Shown here: one piece after another, positions 23,212 through 38,200 of the stretch
Numbering within the stretch: the first letter of the stretch is position 1
Layout of the letters: each line of letters begins with the position of its first letter
NCBI GenBank assembly: GCA_907165135.1
Contig: OU015567.1
Coordinates: 15,996,001-16,060,000 of the forward strand
Source of the DNA: Oikopleura dioica
Taxonomy: Eukaryota > Animalia > Chordata
Direction: 5' to 3'
Length of the DNA: 64,000 bases
Position numbers and translations under genes: made by a program
Notes under the pieces: model-generated
Seen by the model: the letters and a program-made list of their open reading frames with translations, nothing else
What the model was told of the DNA's origin: nothing
The model's database searches: none

Positions 23212-26200
23212 ATGTCCACTCAAACTGGTCGGGTAAGCAGCTTACTTTTGAGAAGTTCAAGAAAGCGACTTCCAAGAGGATTAATTCTCAGTCAGTTTCG
23301 TTAATTTTGGCTTTAGGCGGCGAAAACCGTCGTCACGACCGACCAGATGAAGGACCTCCAAATGCGAGCAAAAGCCATCAAGGTAAGCTTAAATTTCTAC
23401 AGCATTATTTACTGTTATGTATCATTTAAAGCCCTTTTTTCGGGCAGGCAAGTGTGCATCATTAAGGGTACCACCTTCGATTTCCGCAACTTCACCGTTG
23501 AATAACTCAGAAAATGTCAATGATAGGGGAAATCTTTTTTTTCTTAGGAGATCTGTGTAAGATCTTTAATCTGTTAGAAGAATTTTTAAATTTTTCAACG
23601 AAAAATTGGCTAACTTTTTGGTTAAAGTGGTCTACTATGCTAAAATTACGTACTTAGTCTGAAAACTCGATTTTTTCAATTTATTTATTGCAAAATAGTC
23701 TATTGTCAATAGACTTTTCAATCTGTCAGGAGGATTGTTGGATTGAAGCTTACACTAAAGATAGTTTTTTTCAATAACTTTAAAAAGGAATCAATATTAA
23801 ACTTAGGCAAAATCTTGTGCCGAATTTATTTTTAATCCCACTTTTATGAACTTGCTAGATAAAGCACGTTCAAGTTTTCAAAAACAACAAAAAAATTCTT
23901 AATAAAAGTTTTGACAAAATTTGTCTTGAATCCAAAACGTATTCAAACTGACATTTTTTCAGGAAGAGCGTCGGAATAATATGGACGGGCGTCACTCGCA
24001 TCTCTTCGGGCTTGTCGCTCACGCCTTGGAAAAAACGGAGGAACAAATCACAGAGATCGCCATCGCTGATGATCGCTGGCATCTACTCGAGGAATTTTTC
24101 AAGCAAGGCGGCTCCAGAAAACTTATGTGGTATTATCAGGAGCCGAAATTGGGCGAAATTGGATCGGCTAACAGATCTGATTCTCAGGTAAAATAAAATC
24201 AAAAGAGATTTTTATGAATTTAACAACAACGTATTTTTGAACGGATATTAACGGGAAGGTGTTTGGAACCGACAAAAAAATTTCGACAAATTTTGCGTGG
24301 AAATTTTCAACCAATCAGAAGCATTCAAATTTTTTTGTCGGTTCCAGACACTACCCCATTTTAACATGCGATTTAAATAATTGATTTTAAATAAAGCGGA
24401 TTTAACTCGCCTGAAGACCCCTATTTCAAATTTTTATTAGATCTGGTAGCGTGAATTTCAATATCTTCACGCTCTTACTGTATCATTTTTAAGTATATTT
24501 TTAGTCTGGTGTTCAAAAATCAATGGAACCAAAGTTATTCCTTACGACCGGGCGCGAGGAGATGCTTCGAGGAAAGTGCCTGCTCTTCATGCGGCTGAAC
24601 GCGGACAAGGCCCTCACGCCACGCAACATGAATGAGGCTTTGTTCACTCAACTTGATGCGACCGGCAAAGGCGGAGTCCTCCAGGCGATCTCCGATTACC
24701 TGAAGAAAGTGATGCTCCCACACCTTCGCGTTCAAAAAAGTTGGGGCAAATTGGACGCAGTAGGTCGAGCCGGACAGAACAAGATCAACCAGTTTCTGGA
24801 GTCGGTTGACAGATTCAACCAGGGACTTGAATCTGCGCAGCTATCGATTGCCAACGCTTTCAAGGTTAAATATTTATCGAAACTTTGTGCACATCAAATC
24901 GGTCGCATGAAGTTTTGGGTGATTAAAAAACGCATTTTAATTGATTTGCATTTTCAGTTGGAAGAAGTGGACATCGGATACAACCTTGACGTTGCGCTAG
25001 AACAAGAGGGCGTTGGCTCACCAATCGGCAATTCTGATTTTGCAGCCAAATTGGAGCAGTTGATGGGAGTATGGTGCAAGCAAATTGAGCTCGTGCTGAC
25101 GGAAAGCGAGCAAATGCGCAAAGAAGCGGATGACATCGGTCCTTCCGCCGAGCTGGATCACTGGAAACAGCGAATGACCAAGTTTAATTCGTTGTTGACC
25201 GCGATCTCAACCCGGCGAGTGAAACTCGTCTACGCCACTTTGGCAGAAAACAAGTCAAAGTTGTGCCCAGTGTGGATGGATTTGGACAGGCGCGTTTCCG
25301 ACGTTGCCAACGAGGCACGAGACAACGTCAAGTACCTCTCAACGTTGGATCAGTATCTTGGGCCATTGCAGACTTCTGATCCGATGGGAATGAAAGAGCT
25401 CCTCCCTAACCTGATCAATTCAATCAGGATGATCCACACCGTCTCCCGCTACTACAACACTTCCGAAAGGATGACCTCTCTCTTTGTCAAAGTGACTAAC
25501 CAAATGATCAAATCTTGCAGGGCGTATATCATGCAGGGATCAAATGGGAAGGTCTGGGATCAAGAACAGGATGATTTGCTGGAGCGAATTGACGGCTGCG
25601 TCGGTTTGAAGAATGAGTACCAGGTCAGGGTGGCAAAATTGTTGAGAAAAAAAGTAGTTGTATTGGAATTTTTCGCTCATAAGACTTGAGCTCTTCTCAA
25701 AATAATTTCTTCGTAAAAATTTAAATTTGGTTTTCTCCATCAGCTGGTGCACTCACCAAAGGTTTATGAGACAGGTGCCCACCCTGAATACTAGACTCAA
25801 TTTGCAAAGGCAAAAGCAAAACTAATGGACGAATCTAATAGGATTCCTGGTAACCAAGAAAAACACTTCGATTTTTCTGAAAATTACATCTTCGGAAAGC
25901 TTGAGAATTTCTGCAACCGTCTGGAATGCATTAAGAAGGTTATCGTTACTCTACGAGTGTTGAGCAAGCTGAAGGCTCTGAGAGTGGATGGAATCGACTC
26001 TATCCTCAAAAACCTGGAAGCTTTTGAATCAAATATCAAGATGCGCCCTGGTGAGCTTGATTATAAACGCTCAGACTGGGATAATGGCTATAAAGACTTT
26101 CTCGCGTCGATCGGGAGATTAGAGGCGGACCTGCAGTCCTTTATCAAGGACTGGATCGAGAAACCGGTTCCAACAACGAAGGTCTTGGAGATTCTGGCCA

Positions 26201-29200
26201 TGTTTCAGCCGCTGTCTAAAGACATCAACTTGAACATGCAAGAAGCTTATCAAGACATGCTCAGGCGTTATCTGAAGCAAGATCTTAACGTTGCCCGCTC
26301 AGCCTACAACAAGCAAAAGACCGATCCGCCGGCACCGAAGAACTTCCCACCTGTTGCGGCTAAAGTTGCTTGGGCTAGGTAAGGGTCGAAAATAATCTAT
26401 AAAATAGAAAATGAGAATTTTTTTCAAGTACAGTTGACATCAAAGATAAGGAATTTTTCAAAATGCCGAAAATCTGCGGCACGGTTTGTATTGTTGTCAG
26501 TCACAACTTATGATCTACGCGTTAATCGCCCCTTATCAAAACCTACTTTTTATGAAAAAATGGCATTTGTTGACATTGACCTCTGAAATTTCATCAAGTC
26601 TAATCGCAATGGTTCAATTTGCTGAGTATGTAATTGTAACAAGCGAATTCGACCCTCAAAAACAGACAACTCTTTAAACGAATCGACGAACCCATGGCAG
26701 TAATTCGGCCGCTGCAGGCTGAGTTCAAGATACTTGATACAAAAGACGGCAAGGCATGCATCAAGACATACAATCAAATCGGCACCGCTCTAATTGAATA
26801 CGAGACGATGTATCATCAACTTTGGATCGGATCCGTCGCTTCTGCACGGGAAGGTCTGAAGGGTGCAATCCTCAATCGCTCTGGACCAGAAAAGGAATAC
26901 GAGGTCAGCTTCAACACCGATATTTATAGACTTTGCAAAGAAGGTCGATTTATGAAGAAAATCGGACTTACTGTTCCGCCCCAAAGTGACGAGCTCTTGA
27001 TCTCAGAAGAACGGTTGCGCGAAAATCATATCAATGTCAATCTACTTATTGAAAGATTCGAATCTACTTGTCGAATGGTTTCGCCAGTGATGATGCCTTT
27101 TTTGAGATTCTTCATTATTCGAATGGAAAATGCCCTACGACCCGGAGCGGCTTTGTTGACTTGGGATTCCCTCAACGTTCCGAACTTTATTCAAGAAAGT
27201 GGAAAAGTCATTGCTGAGACAAGAGAACTCTTTGTGGCCGTCAATGACATTTTGGACTGCCGAATCGATACGATGTTGAAAAAAATTGAAAACACGCCGA
27301 TGATTGAGTTGCCTGAGGAACCAGTTCGAGCGGATAAGTTTGTAAGCTTAACAGCTGCTACCGTGGCCAAAGCGGAAGAAGTGTTTGTCCAAGCCAGTAA
27401 AAATGCTGAAAGTTACGTGAAAGAACTCGTGGAACTACTAGAATCGCATTATACAAAGGCGGAAATGGACAAGCTCAGACACGTTGCGAAGACCGAACAT
27501 AATCCCGAATGGTACTATAATTTGACCGCTTACTTCTGCGCTAGAAACACAGAAGCGTTCGTTAGATGCACTAGAAACTCCTTGGATGGATTGAAAAGAC
27601 GACTTCAGCAATCGAAAGTTCGATACGGAGCAGATGAAGGAGGGGATGGTCAATTGGAAAAGTTCCCACTTTTTATTGCCGACATCACATTAGAAATTCC
27701 GCAAGTGGTGTTTTCGCCGTCTTTAGATGACATCCAGCAAACCGTTAACAAAGTCGTTGATATGGTCTTATCAGGAGGAAAGAAAGTGGTTCTTTGGGAG
27801 CACTTCGAGCTCGTGAAAAAACATCAGGCTATCGAACAGGAAGCTGCGAGAAAGCGCGGAGAAGATAAATTGAAGCAAATTCTTGAACCAAAGCCCTTCG
27901 ATCGACAGCTTCGGGAGCATAAAGATGTGATTAAATCAGTTATTCCTCTGAATACCATTATTTCTTCCTTGAAAACAGACGCTGAAAACCTTCTTCGCGG
28001 CTTCAGCACATTCCAGGAGCTCTGGGAAATTGACCCTGCCGAGAAAGTTCGTCGATTTGAGGACGAAAAGCCGCTTTATTCCGACTATGGCAATCAAATA
28101 CGTCACTACGGAATCCTCAGCAGCCGAATCAGCGAAATTCCGGAATCACGAACACTTGGGCCGATCAAATTTGACACTGATTTACTGAATGTTTCGCTGA
28201 CGCAAGAATGCAATAACTGGAAACGCGCGTTCGGAAAGGCCTTGGACAAAAAGGCATCTGGAGATATGGACAAAATATTTGACATCGTCGAGGACCAGAA
28301 AAAACGATTGGGTCGAGAGATCAAAGATCTTGATGATATTAGAAACTCGATGGGGGCACTGCGTGAGCTTAGGGAGAACGAAGTTTGGATTGAAATGACC
28401 ATCGCGCCGATCGAAGAATCGTATGGAATCCTCAATCGAATGGATTTGGTCTTCAATGAAGGAAATCAAGAAAGAGTCGACACAATCGGCTACGCTTGGA
28501 AAAACACACAAGCTCAAGCAAAGATGGTACAAGACAGTCTTGCCAAGATCCAAGGCCCATTCCAAGAAAATCTCATCCTAAGCGTTGAGAAATTCCACCG
28601 AGATACTTCCGAGTTTTACTCCGACTTTGACACTCAAGGACCCTTGGTGGAGGGGATCAAGCCTTCCGAAGCCTCCGACAAAGTCACTGTCTTCCAAGGA
28701 CGATTCGACGAGCTCTGGCGTAAATATGTCACCTACAGCGGCGGAGAAGAGTTGTTCGGCATGGAGGTCACTGAGTATCCTGAATTGCAAAGAATCTCGA
28801 AGGAGCTCAATTTGCTTCAGAAACTATACGGCTTGTACAATCAGGTTCTGAGCTCAGTCGACGGGTACTACGAAATTCTCTGGTCCGATCTCAACATTGA
28901 TGATATAAACAATCAGCTTCTTGAATTCCAAGCTCGCTGCAGAAAGCTCCCTCCAGCACTGAAAACTTGGGATGCTTACAAAGAACTTTCAAAGAAAATC
29001 GACGATTTCAACGAGTGCTGTCCTTTGCTCGAGGCAATGAGCAACGATGCTATGCTGAGAAGACACTGGGATCGAATAGAAATGGTGACAAAGTGTAAGT
29101 TCCCCGTTGAAGAAGACTCATTTGCCCTCCGAGATGTCATGGATGCGCCACTGCTGGAAAATGGAGAAGATATCGAAGACATCTGTATCTCCGCTGGAAA

Positions 29201-32200
29201 AGAGCGAGATATTGAGTCGAAGCTAAAACAAATAATCGGCGAGTGGGAGAACCAAGATCTCACTTTCTCTCAATTCAAGACTCGAGGCGAACTTCTGTTC
29301 AAAGGAGCAGATATTTCCGAAATCATTGTCAAACTTGAAGATTCTCTCATGATCCTCAGCTCCTTGCTCTCAAACCGTTACAACGCGCCATTCAAGGCGA
29401 AGATCCAAGAGTGGAATCAAAAACTCTCCGGCTCTATCGAAATAATTGAACAACTCCTTCAAGTTCAGAACCTCTGGGTTTACCTCGAAGCAGTCTTTGT
29501 TGGTGGAGATATTGCCAAACAACTGCCACAAGAAGCGAAAAGATTCTCTAATATTGATAAATCATGGCAAAAGATCATGCAGAAAGCGCACGAAACCACT
29601 AATGTTGTCAAATGTTGCATGGGCGATGACATGTACTCACAGCTACTTCCGCATCTGTTGGAGCAGCTCGAAATCTGTCAGAAATCGCTCACTGGATATT
29701 TGGAAGCAAAGCGACTTTTATTCCCTCGTTTCTTTTTCGTTTCCGATCCAGCTCTCCTGGAAATTCTTGGTCAAGCATCAAATTGCCATACAATCCAGGA
29801 TCATTTGCTCTCACTTTTTGATAATGTCAAAGAAGTGGTTTTCGATACAAAAGTATACGAAAAAGTCCTGGCAATGCGTTCGCAGGAAGGAGAAGAGGTT
29901 GACATGGTTACTCCAGTTATTTGCACGGGAAATGTAGAAACATGGCTGAATACTCTTATGCAAACGGTCCACAAAACCGTCCACACGATCGTGCGTCGGG
30001 CTTGGCAGAACCTTGGGGATACTGGATTTGATCTTTTGCGATTTGAAGACACTTTCTGCGCCCAGGTCGGTCTTCTTGGAATCCAACTTTTGTGGACAAG
30101 AGATGCCGAAAACGCGTTGAACGAGTGCCGCTACGACCGAGAGATTATGAAAAAGACAAACGACTATTTCCTGGAGCTTTTGAACACGCTCATCGATAAG
30201 ACGACCCAGGAACTCACAAAGCTCGATCGTGTTAAATTTGAAACGCTGATTACAATTCACGTCCATCAGCGAGATATATTCAACGATATGGTTCAATTGA
30301 AGGTACGGACGCCTAATGACTTCGAATGGCAGAAGCAATGCCGATTTTACTACGATGAGGATTTCGACAAGTGTCGAATAAGCGTCACAGACGTCGATTT
30401 CACATATTGCGATGAGTATACCGGATGTACAGATCGCCTCGTTATCACGCCGCTCACTGACAGATGTTATATTACTCTTGCTCAAGCTTTAGGAATGGAT
30501 CTTGGTGGTGCCCCCGCCGGCCCCGCTGGAACTGGAAAAACTGAGACCACAAAGGACATGGGAAAATGCCTTGGAAAGTACGTCGTTGTCTTCAATTGCT
30601 CCGATCAGATGGATTTCCGAGGCTTGGGAAGAATTTACAAAGGACTTGCCCAATCTGGCTCTTGGGGCTGCTTTGACGAGTTTAATCGAATCGAGCTCCC
30701 TGTCCTGTCTGTAGCAGCTCAGCAGATCGCAATTGTCCTTCAATGCAAGAAAATGAAAAAGACGCAGTTTATCTTTTCGGACGGAGATACAGTTCCGATG
30801 AACCCGGAATTCGGTCTTTTTATCACTATGAACCCTGGTTACGCCGGTAGACAGGAGCTTCCTGAAAACTTGAAGATTATGTTCCGTTCCTGCGCTATGA
30901 TGGTCCCCGATCGACAAATCATCATGCGAGTCAAATTGGCCTCCGCTGGTTTCCGGGAGAACCAGGAACTATCCGGCAAGTTCTTTACGCTATACAAACT
31001 CTGCGAAGAACAACTATCAAAACAGGTTCACTACGATTTCGGTCTCCGAAATATTCTCTCCGTACTCCGAACTCTTGGTGCTGAAAAGCGAAAGAATCCA
31101 ACCGATCCAGAGATAAAAACCGTTATGCGCGTCTTGCGAGATATGAACATGTCAAAACTAGTCGACGAAGATGAGCCTCTCTTCTTGTCGCTCATCGACG
31201 ATCTTTTCCCAAATATCGTTCTTGAAGTTGCTGGTTATCCGAAACTTGAAGAAGCCATTGCGTTGCATACCGAAGAAGCTTTGCTCGAACTTTGGCCGCA
31301 ATGGAAGCTCAAGGTCATTCAACTTTACGAGACCCAGCGGGTCCGTCATGGAATGATGGTACTTGGTCCCTCCGGGGCTGGTAAAACAACAAATATCCAC
31401 ACTCTCATGAAAGCCATGGGAACAACAAACGATCCTGGTCCCCACAAAGAAGTTAGAATGAATCCTAAAGCCATTACAGCGCCACAAATGTTCGGCACGC
31501 TTGATGTCGCAACTAATGACTGGACTGATGGTATCTTCTCCACACTTTGGCGACGATCTTACAAGAAGAAGAAAGGAGAAAACATGTGGTTGGTACTCGA
31601 CGGTCCTGTAGATGCAATTTGGATTGAAAACCTGAACTCTGTCCTTGATGACAGTAAAACCCTGACACTTGCTAACGGTGATCGTATTCGAATGGCGCCA
31701 AATACCAAGATCGTTTTTGAGCCGCATAATATCGATAATGCTTCGCCAGCTACAGTATCACGTAACGGTATGGTATTCATGTCCAGCTCTTCTCTCACCT
31801 GGCAACCGATCTTGGGTGCTTGGCTGAAAAAGATTCCGATGGCACAAGGCGATTCACTCAGAACAAAATTCGAAGTTATCTGGGAGGAAACTCTTGTTTT
31901 CCTCAAACAAAGCTGTCTCCCAAAAATGGACCTTCTTGATTGCATGTACATTCGACAAGCCCTGGATATTCTCTTAGGTCTTCTACCAACTCAAACAGAG
32001 GATTTCGCTAAATTGAAAGACGCTCATTTGAACAGTTACTTCATTTTCGCCCTCATGTGGTCGCTTGGGGCGCTTCTTGAACTTGAAGATCGAGCAAAAC
32101 TTGAAGCTTTCTGGCGAGAAAATCAATCCATCAGCAAAATGCTCCCCGTTATCACTGGCGACCAGACAATTTTCGAATTCGTTCCAAGAAACGATTCTGG

Positions 32201-35200
32201 AGAATGGGAACCTTGGTCTGTTCGAGTTGAGAAATACGACTATCCGACAGATTCAGTTCCTGATTTCAACAAGATTCTCATCCCGAATGTAGATAATGTT
32301 CGAACAGATTTCCTTATGGGCTTGATCATGAAACAAGAAAAGGCCGTCCTGCTTATTGGTGAACAGGGTACTGCAAAAACAGTCATGATTCAGGGATACA
32401 TGAGCAAGTATAACATCGAAGAACATGTCACAAAAGCTCTCAATTTCTCGTCAACAACCACTCCTGGTATTTTCCAGCAATCGATCGAGTCATACGTTGA
32501 AAAACGAGTGGGTACCACTTTTGGTCCCGCTGCTGGAAAGAAAATGACAGTGTTCATTGATGATATCAATATGCCACACATCAACGAGTGGGGCGATCAA
32601 ATAACAAATGAAATTGTACGTCAACTCATGGAGAACAAGGGCTTTTACAATCTAGAAAAGCCCGGTGACATGATCAAAATCGTTGATCTGCAACTTGTGG
32701 CTGCGATGATTCATCCTGGAAGAGGAAGAAACGACATTCCTCAACGGCTTAAGCGACAGTTTAACATCTTCAACTGTACTCTTCCCTCCAACAACTCAAT
32801 CGACCAGATTTTCAAAACGATCGGTACCGGGTACTTTTGCGGAGAACGCGGATTTTCAGCCGAAGTCACTTCTATGATTGAGCCACTCGTTGGTATCACT
32901 CGACAACTCTGGCAGAAAACAAAGATCAAGATGCTTCCGACTCCGGACAAGTTCCATTACATTTTCAACTTGCGTGATCTTTCCAGAATCTGGCAGGGTA
33001 TGCTTACAATCAAAGCTGACGAATGCAGCTCGAAATCTGACATTCTCTCTTTGTGGCGCCACGAATGCACAAGAGTCATTTCTGACAGATTTGTTAGTCA
33101 AAATGATCGAGACTGGCTGGATGAAACCGCCGATGCTCTCATAGGTGAGAAATTTGGCGAGAGTTCAATTGAACTGATCCAAAAAGATAAATATTTCGTC
33201 GACTTCATGCGAGAAGCTCCTGAACCGACCGGAGAAGAACCCGACGACTTTGATTTCTCCGCGCCTAAAGTTTACGAAGCAACCACGATCCAACGACTGG
33301 GTGAGAAACTTCTCGAATACCAAGATGTGTACAACGAATCGATCAGAGGAGCAAACATGAATCTCGTCTTTTTTGAGGATGCTATTACTCACATGGTCAA
33401 AATTTCAAGAATCATAAGAACTCCTCGCGGTGCAGCAATGCTTGTCGGTGTCGGCGGATCAGGAAAACAGTCCCTTACTCGTCTTGCGTCGCACATCTCA
33501 GGATATAAAACCTTCCAGATTACTCTTTCAAAGTCCTACAATGCTGGAAATCTCCTCGAAGACCTTAAGATCATGTATCTCTGGGCAGGTCGGGATGGCC
33601 AGGGAGTAACGTTCCTCTTTACTGATAATGAAATCAAGGAAGAGTCATTCCTCGAATATTTAAACAACGTGATTGCTACTGGTGAACTCTCAGGTCTATT
33701 CCCAAAAGACGAAATGGATGCACTTCTGGGTGAAATGATTCCAATCATGAAGAAGGAATTCCCAAGACATCCACCAACGCAAGAAAATCTTTACGAATAT
33801 TTCATTACTCGAGTCCGATCAAATCTCCACATTGTGCTTTGTTTCTCCCCAGTCGGCGAGCAATTTAGAACTCGATCACTTAAATTTCCAGGTTTGTTTT
33901 CAGGCTGCACAATGGATTGGTTCTTCCGATGGCCAAAAGAAGCGCTCGTCCAGGTCGCCGGCTCGTTTATGAATGACAAATCTTTCAAACTCGAAGCTAC
34001 TGAAGAGACGAAGGTACAATTGGTCGATGTAATGGGCCAAATTCAAGATATGGTCTCAGAAATCTGCGACCAGTACTTTGAACGATTTAGACGAAGATGC
34101 CACGTGACACCAAAATCTTTTTTGAGTTTTCTCAGCGGCTACAAAGCACTCTATGCTCAGAAATTGGCGCACTTGTCCAATCAGCGAGATCGTATGACAA
34201 CAGGTCTGACAAAACTTGCTGAAGCCGAAGATGTCGTCGGAGAGCTCTCAATCGAGCTTGAGCAGAAAGAAAAAGACCTGGCTGTTGCTTCTGCAGAAGC
34301 CGAACTTGTTCTTAAAGAAGTTGATAAGGAGAAAGAAGCTGCTGGTAAAACACAGGCCGAAGTCAAGGTCATCGCAGACAAGGCCCAAGCGTTGAAAGAC
34401 AGCATTGCCGCTGACAAAGCCGTTGCCGAAGGAAAACTAAAAGAAGCTGAACCAGCGCTTCAAGCTGCCGAAAAAGCGTTGGAAACAATCAAGCCAGCCC
34501 ATATCGCCACTGTTAAGAAACTTGGAAAGCCGCCACATTTGATCATGCGAATCATGGATTGCGTACTCATTTTAATGGGTAGACGGCTCAATCCAATAAC
34601 TGTCGATGAAGAGAAAGGTGGAATCAAGCCATCTTGGTCAGAGTCATTGAAGCTAATGAATGACTCATCTTTCCTGAGCATGTTGCTGGACTTCAACAAA
34701 GATACTATCACGGATGAAATGATCGATCTGCTTCAGCCGTATTTCAAGGCAGATGACTACAACTTGGAAAATGCGAAGAAGGTATCCGGAGATGTTGCTG
34801 GTCTCTGTACGTGGACTCTTGCAATGGCGGATTTTTTTAAAATCAACAAAGAAGTTCTTCCGCTTAAAGCAGCACTGGCGATCCAAGAGGCCAAGCTAGG
34901 TAAGGCTGAAGAAGAACTAGCTGCAGCAAACGAGCAACTTGCTGGAGCAGAAGCAGCGCTGAAGAAAGCAAATGACAAGTACGACGCAGCAATGGGACAC
35001 AAAAAGGCTCTAGAAGATGATGCTGCTGCTTGCCAGAAGAAAATGGATAACGCTTCCGCGCTTATTGAAGGTCTCGGTGGTGAGAAAATTGCCTGGGGGG
35101 AAGCAGAATCGCAGTTCTCCGACCAAATCAGAAGATTGGTCGGAGATGTTCTCCTTGCCAACGGCTTTTTGTCATACTCTGGACCTTTCAACCAAGAATT

Positions 35201-38200
35201 CCGAAATAAACTGCTCGATGGTTGGCGCAAAAAGTTGAATTTCCACGACATTCCTTTCACTGAAGATCTCAATCTCATCAAAATGCTAGTCGATGATCCA
35301 ACCATTGGCGAGTGGAACCTTCAAGGTCTTCCATCGGACGAATTAAGTATCCAAAACGGTATCATTGTAACGAGCGCCACTCGATTCCCACTACTCATCG
35401 ACCCTCAGGGTCAGGGTAAGATCTGGATTAAAAATCGGGAGAAGGACAATGAACTACGAATTACAAATCTCAACCATAAATATTTCCGACAACATCTCGA
35501 AGATGCTCTTTCTCTCGGTCAGCCGCTGCTGATCGAAGATGTTGGCGAAGAAATCGACCCGGCTCTTGACAATGTTTTGGAAAAGAACTTTATCAAATCT
35601 GGTTCCACTCTCAAGGTAAAATTTTAACCTTATTGTCTCTATACAAGAAAACTCTTCTATGTCATCACTAACAATTAACAAAAGCCATGGGAAATTGCCG
35701 AACAGTTCGGTGGTGACACTGATAAAGTGCCAAAAGTCATGCGGGTAAGATTAAAATCTCAAGATCATGAGACAGCGCACCAAATCAATATTACACAAAG
35801 AATCACAGATCAAGAGCACCAAAAATAATTAATCAAAAACGCATTAAAAATTTTTCATCACTCGTTTTAGCAAAACGGGGCTAAAATTTTTCCGTTAAAG
35901 ACTTATTTTCATTTCTAGTGCAAAGTCGGCGACAAAGAATGCGACGTGCTCCCAACATTCCGACTTTATCTCACGACAAAGCTTGCAAATCCAAGTTATA
36001 CGCCGGAAGTTTACGCACGAACTGCCATAATCGATTTCACTGTTACAATGAAGGGATTAGAAGATCAGCTTCTTGCGCGTGTCATTCTAAGAGAAAATCC
36101 GAGCTAGAAACTGAGCGTGTTTCTCTTCTTGAAGATGTCACAGCCAACAAACGCAAGAAACAAGAACTCGAAGATAATCTTCTCTACCGTTTGACGTCAA
36201 CGCAGGGCTCGCTGGTTGAAGATGATGATCTCATCGAAGTGCTAAGAATTTCAAAGATCACTGCCGCTGAGGTCAAAGAAAAACTCGACATTGCGGCGGA
36301 TACGGAAATCAAAATAAACAATGCTCGGGAAGAGTACAGACCGGTGGCGTTCCGAGGCTCGATCATGTACTTTCTCATCGTTGAAATGTCACTCGTGAAT
36401 GTGATGTACCAAACATCGCTAAAGCAGTTCCTTGTCCAGTTCGACTACGCCCTAGAAAGATCAAAAAAGAGTCCAATTACTGGAAAGCGAATCGCAAACA
36501 TAATCGAGTATTTGACCGAAAAAGTCTTTTTATACACTGCAAGAGGATTCTACGAGTCCGACAAATTCCTATACGCCCTTCTCTTGACTCTTAAAATCGA
36601 TCTTAACCGAGGCAAAATCTCATTCGAGCAATTCAACACCTTTATCAAGGGTGGTGCTTCTCTGGACATGAATTCCGTCGATCCCAAACCAAAGAAATGG
36701 ATTCTCGATTCGACCTGGCTCAACTTGGTTCAGCTTTCTCGACTTCCGAATTTTTCACAACTCCTTATACAAGTTACAAGAAACGACAAGGCTTGGAAAG
36801 CTTGGTTTGATTCAGCGGAACCTGAGGAAACAACGCTTCCGGACGGATACCAAGAATCACTTGACATCTTCTCAAAACTCTTGCTTATCCGATCCTGGGC
36901 GCCAGATCGGACGACCGCTCAAGCGAGGAAATACATCACCGATTCGATGGGGCCAGTCTTCGCCGATGCCGTTATTTTGAGCATGGATAGTATGCTAGCT
37001 GAATCTGACAAGCGTATACCTCTCCTGTGCTTCTTATCTCTCGGTTCTGATCCAACAGAGTCCATTGAAAAACTCGCCAAACAAAACAACACCACCAGTC
37101 GGGCAATTTCAATGGGTCAAGGACAAGAAGTACACGCTCGCCGTCTTCTTACGACAAGTTTCGAAGATGGCGGTTGGATTTTGCTTCAGAACTGCCACTT
37201 GGGTTTAAATTACATGGACGAGCTTTTGGACCAAGTGACGACCAATGCAAATGTCCACGAAAATTTCCGGTGCTGGATCACCACCGAGCCGCATCCAAAG
37301 TTCCCCATTAATTTGCTCCAGAACGCGATCAAATATACAGCCGAGCCTCCACAGGGTCTCAGAGCTGGTCTTAAGCGAACTTATAATTTGGTCACGGCCG
37401 AAACTTTAGAATTGTCAAACATGCCTCAGTGGAAGCCAATGCTATTTACGACCGCCTTCTTGCATTCGATCGTTCAGGAGCGTCGAAAATTCGGTCCTCT
37501 TGGCTGGAACATCCCTTATGAGTTCAACCAGTCCGACTACAACTCCGCCGTTCAATATGTTCAAAACCACCTAGACGACATGGACATCAAGAAAGGTCCG
37601 ACTTGGAAGGCAGTTCAGTACATGTTCGGGGAGATCTTGTACGGAGGTCGAGTAACTGATGATTTGGACAAGATTCTACTCAACACATATTGCTCTGCTT
37701 GGATGGGCGACCACATGCTCAAGCCAGAGTTCAAGTTCAAAGGCGAATATATCGTCCCGCAGTGCAAGACCGTGGCCGATTACCACACATATATCGATAA
37801 TCTGCCGCTGACAGACTCACCAGAAGTGTTCGGTCTTCACAAAAACGCAGACATCACGTACCAAACAAACACTTCCAATTCTACACTCAGCACAATCGTC
37901 TCAATTCAGCCGAAAGAGTCCGGCGGCGGAAGCGGTGAGTCACGTGAGGCAGCTGTTTACAGACAGGCGGACGAAATGCTTGCAAAGATTCCGACTGATT
38001 TTTCCCCATTTGAGGTCAAAGCGCGATTGCAAAAAATGGGCAAAAACGATCCAATGAACATTTTCCTCCGCCAAGAAATCGATCGACTTCAACGAGTCAT
38101 TTCCTCTGTCCGAATCACTTGCAGTGAATTGAGACTTGCAATAGACGGAACAATCATCATGTCTGAACAGTTGCAAGACGCATTGAATCAAATTTACGAT

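Noticed and set aside
26790-35681. Numerous antisense and alternate-frame ORFs over the dynein exon, including an HDFWHF motif near 35740
   Set aside because: They are shadow ORFs of a long coding region. The HDFWHF stretch is the reverse complement of the candidate cassette exon.
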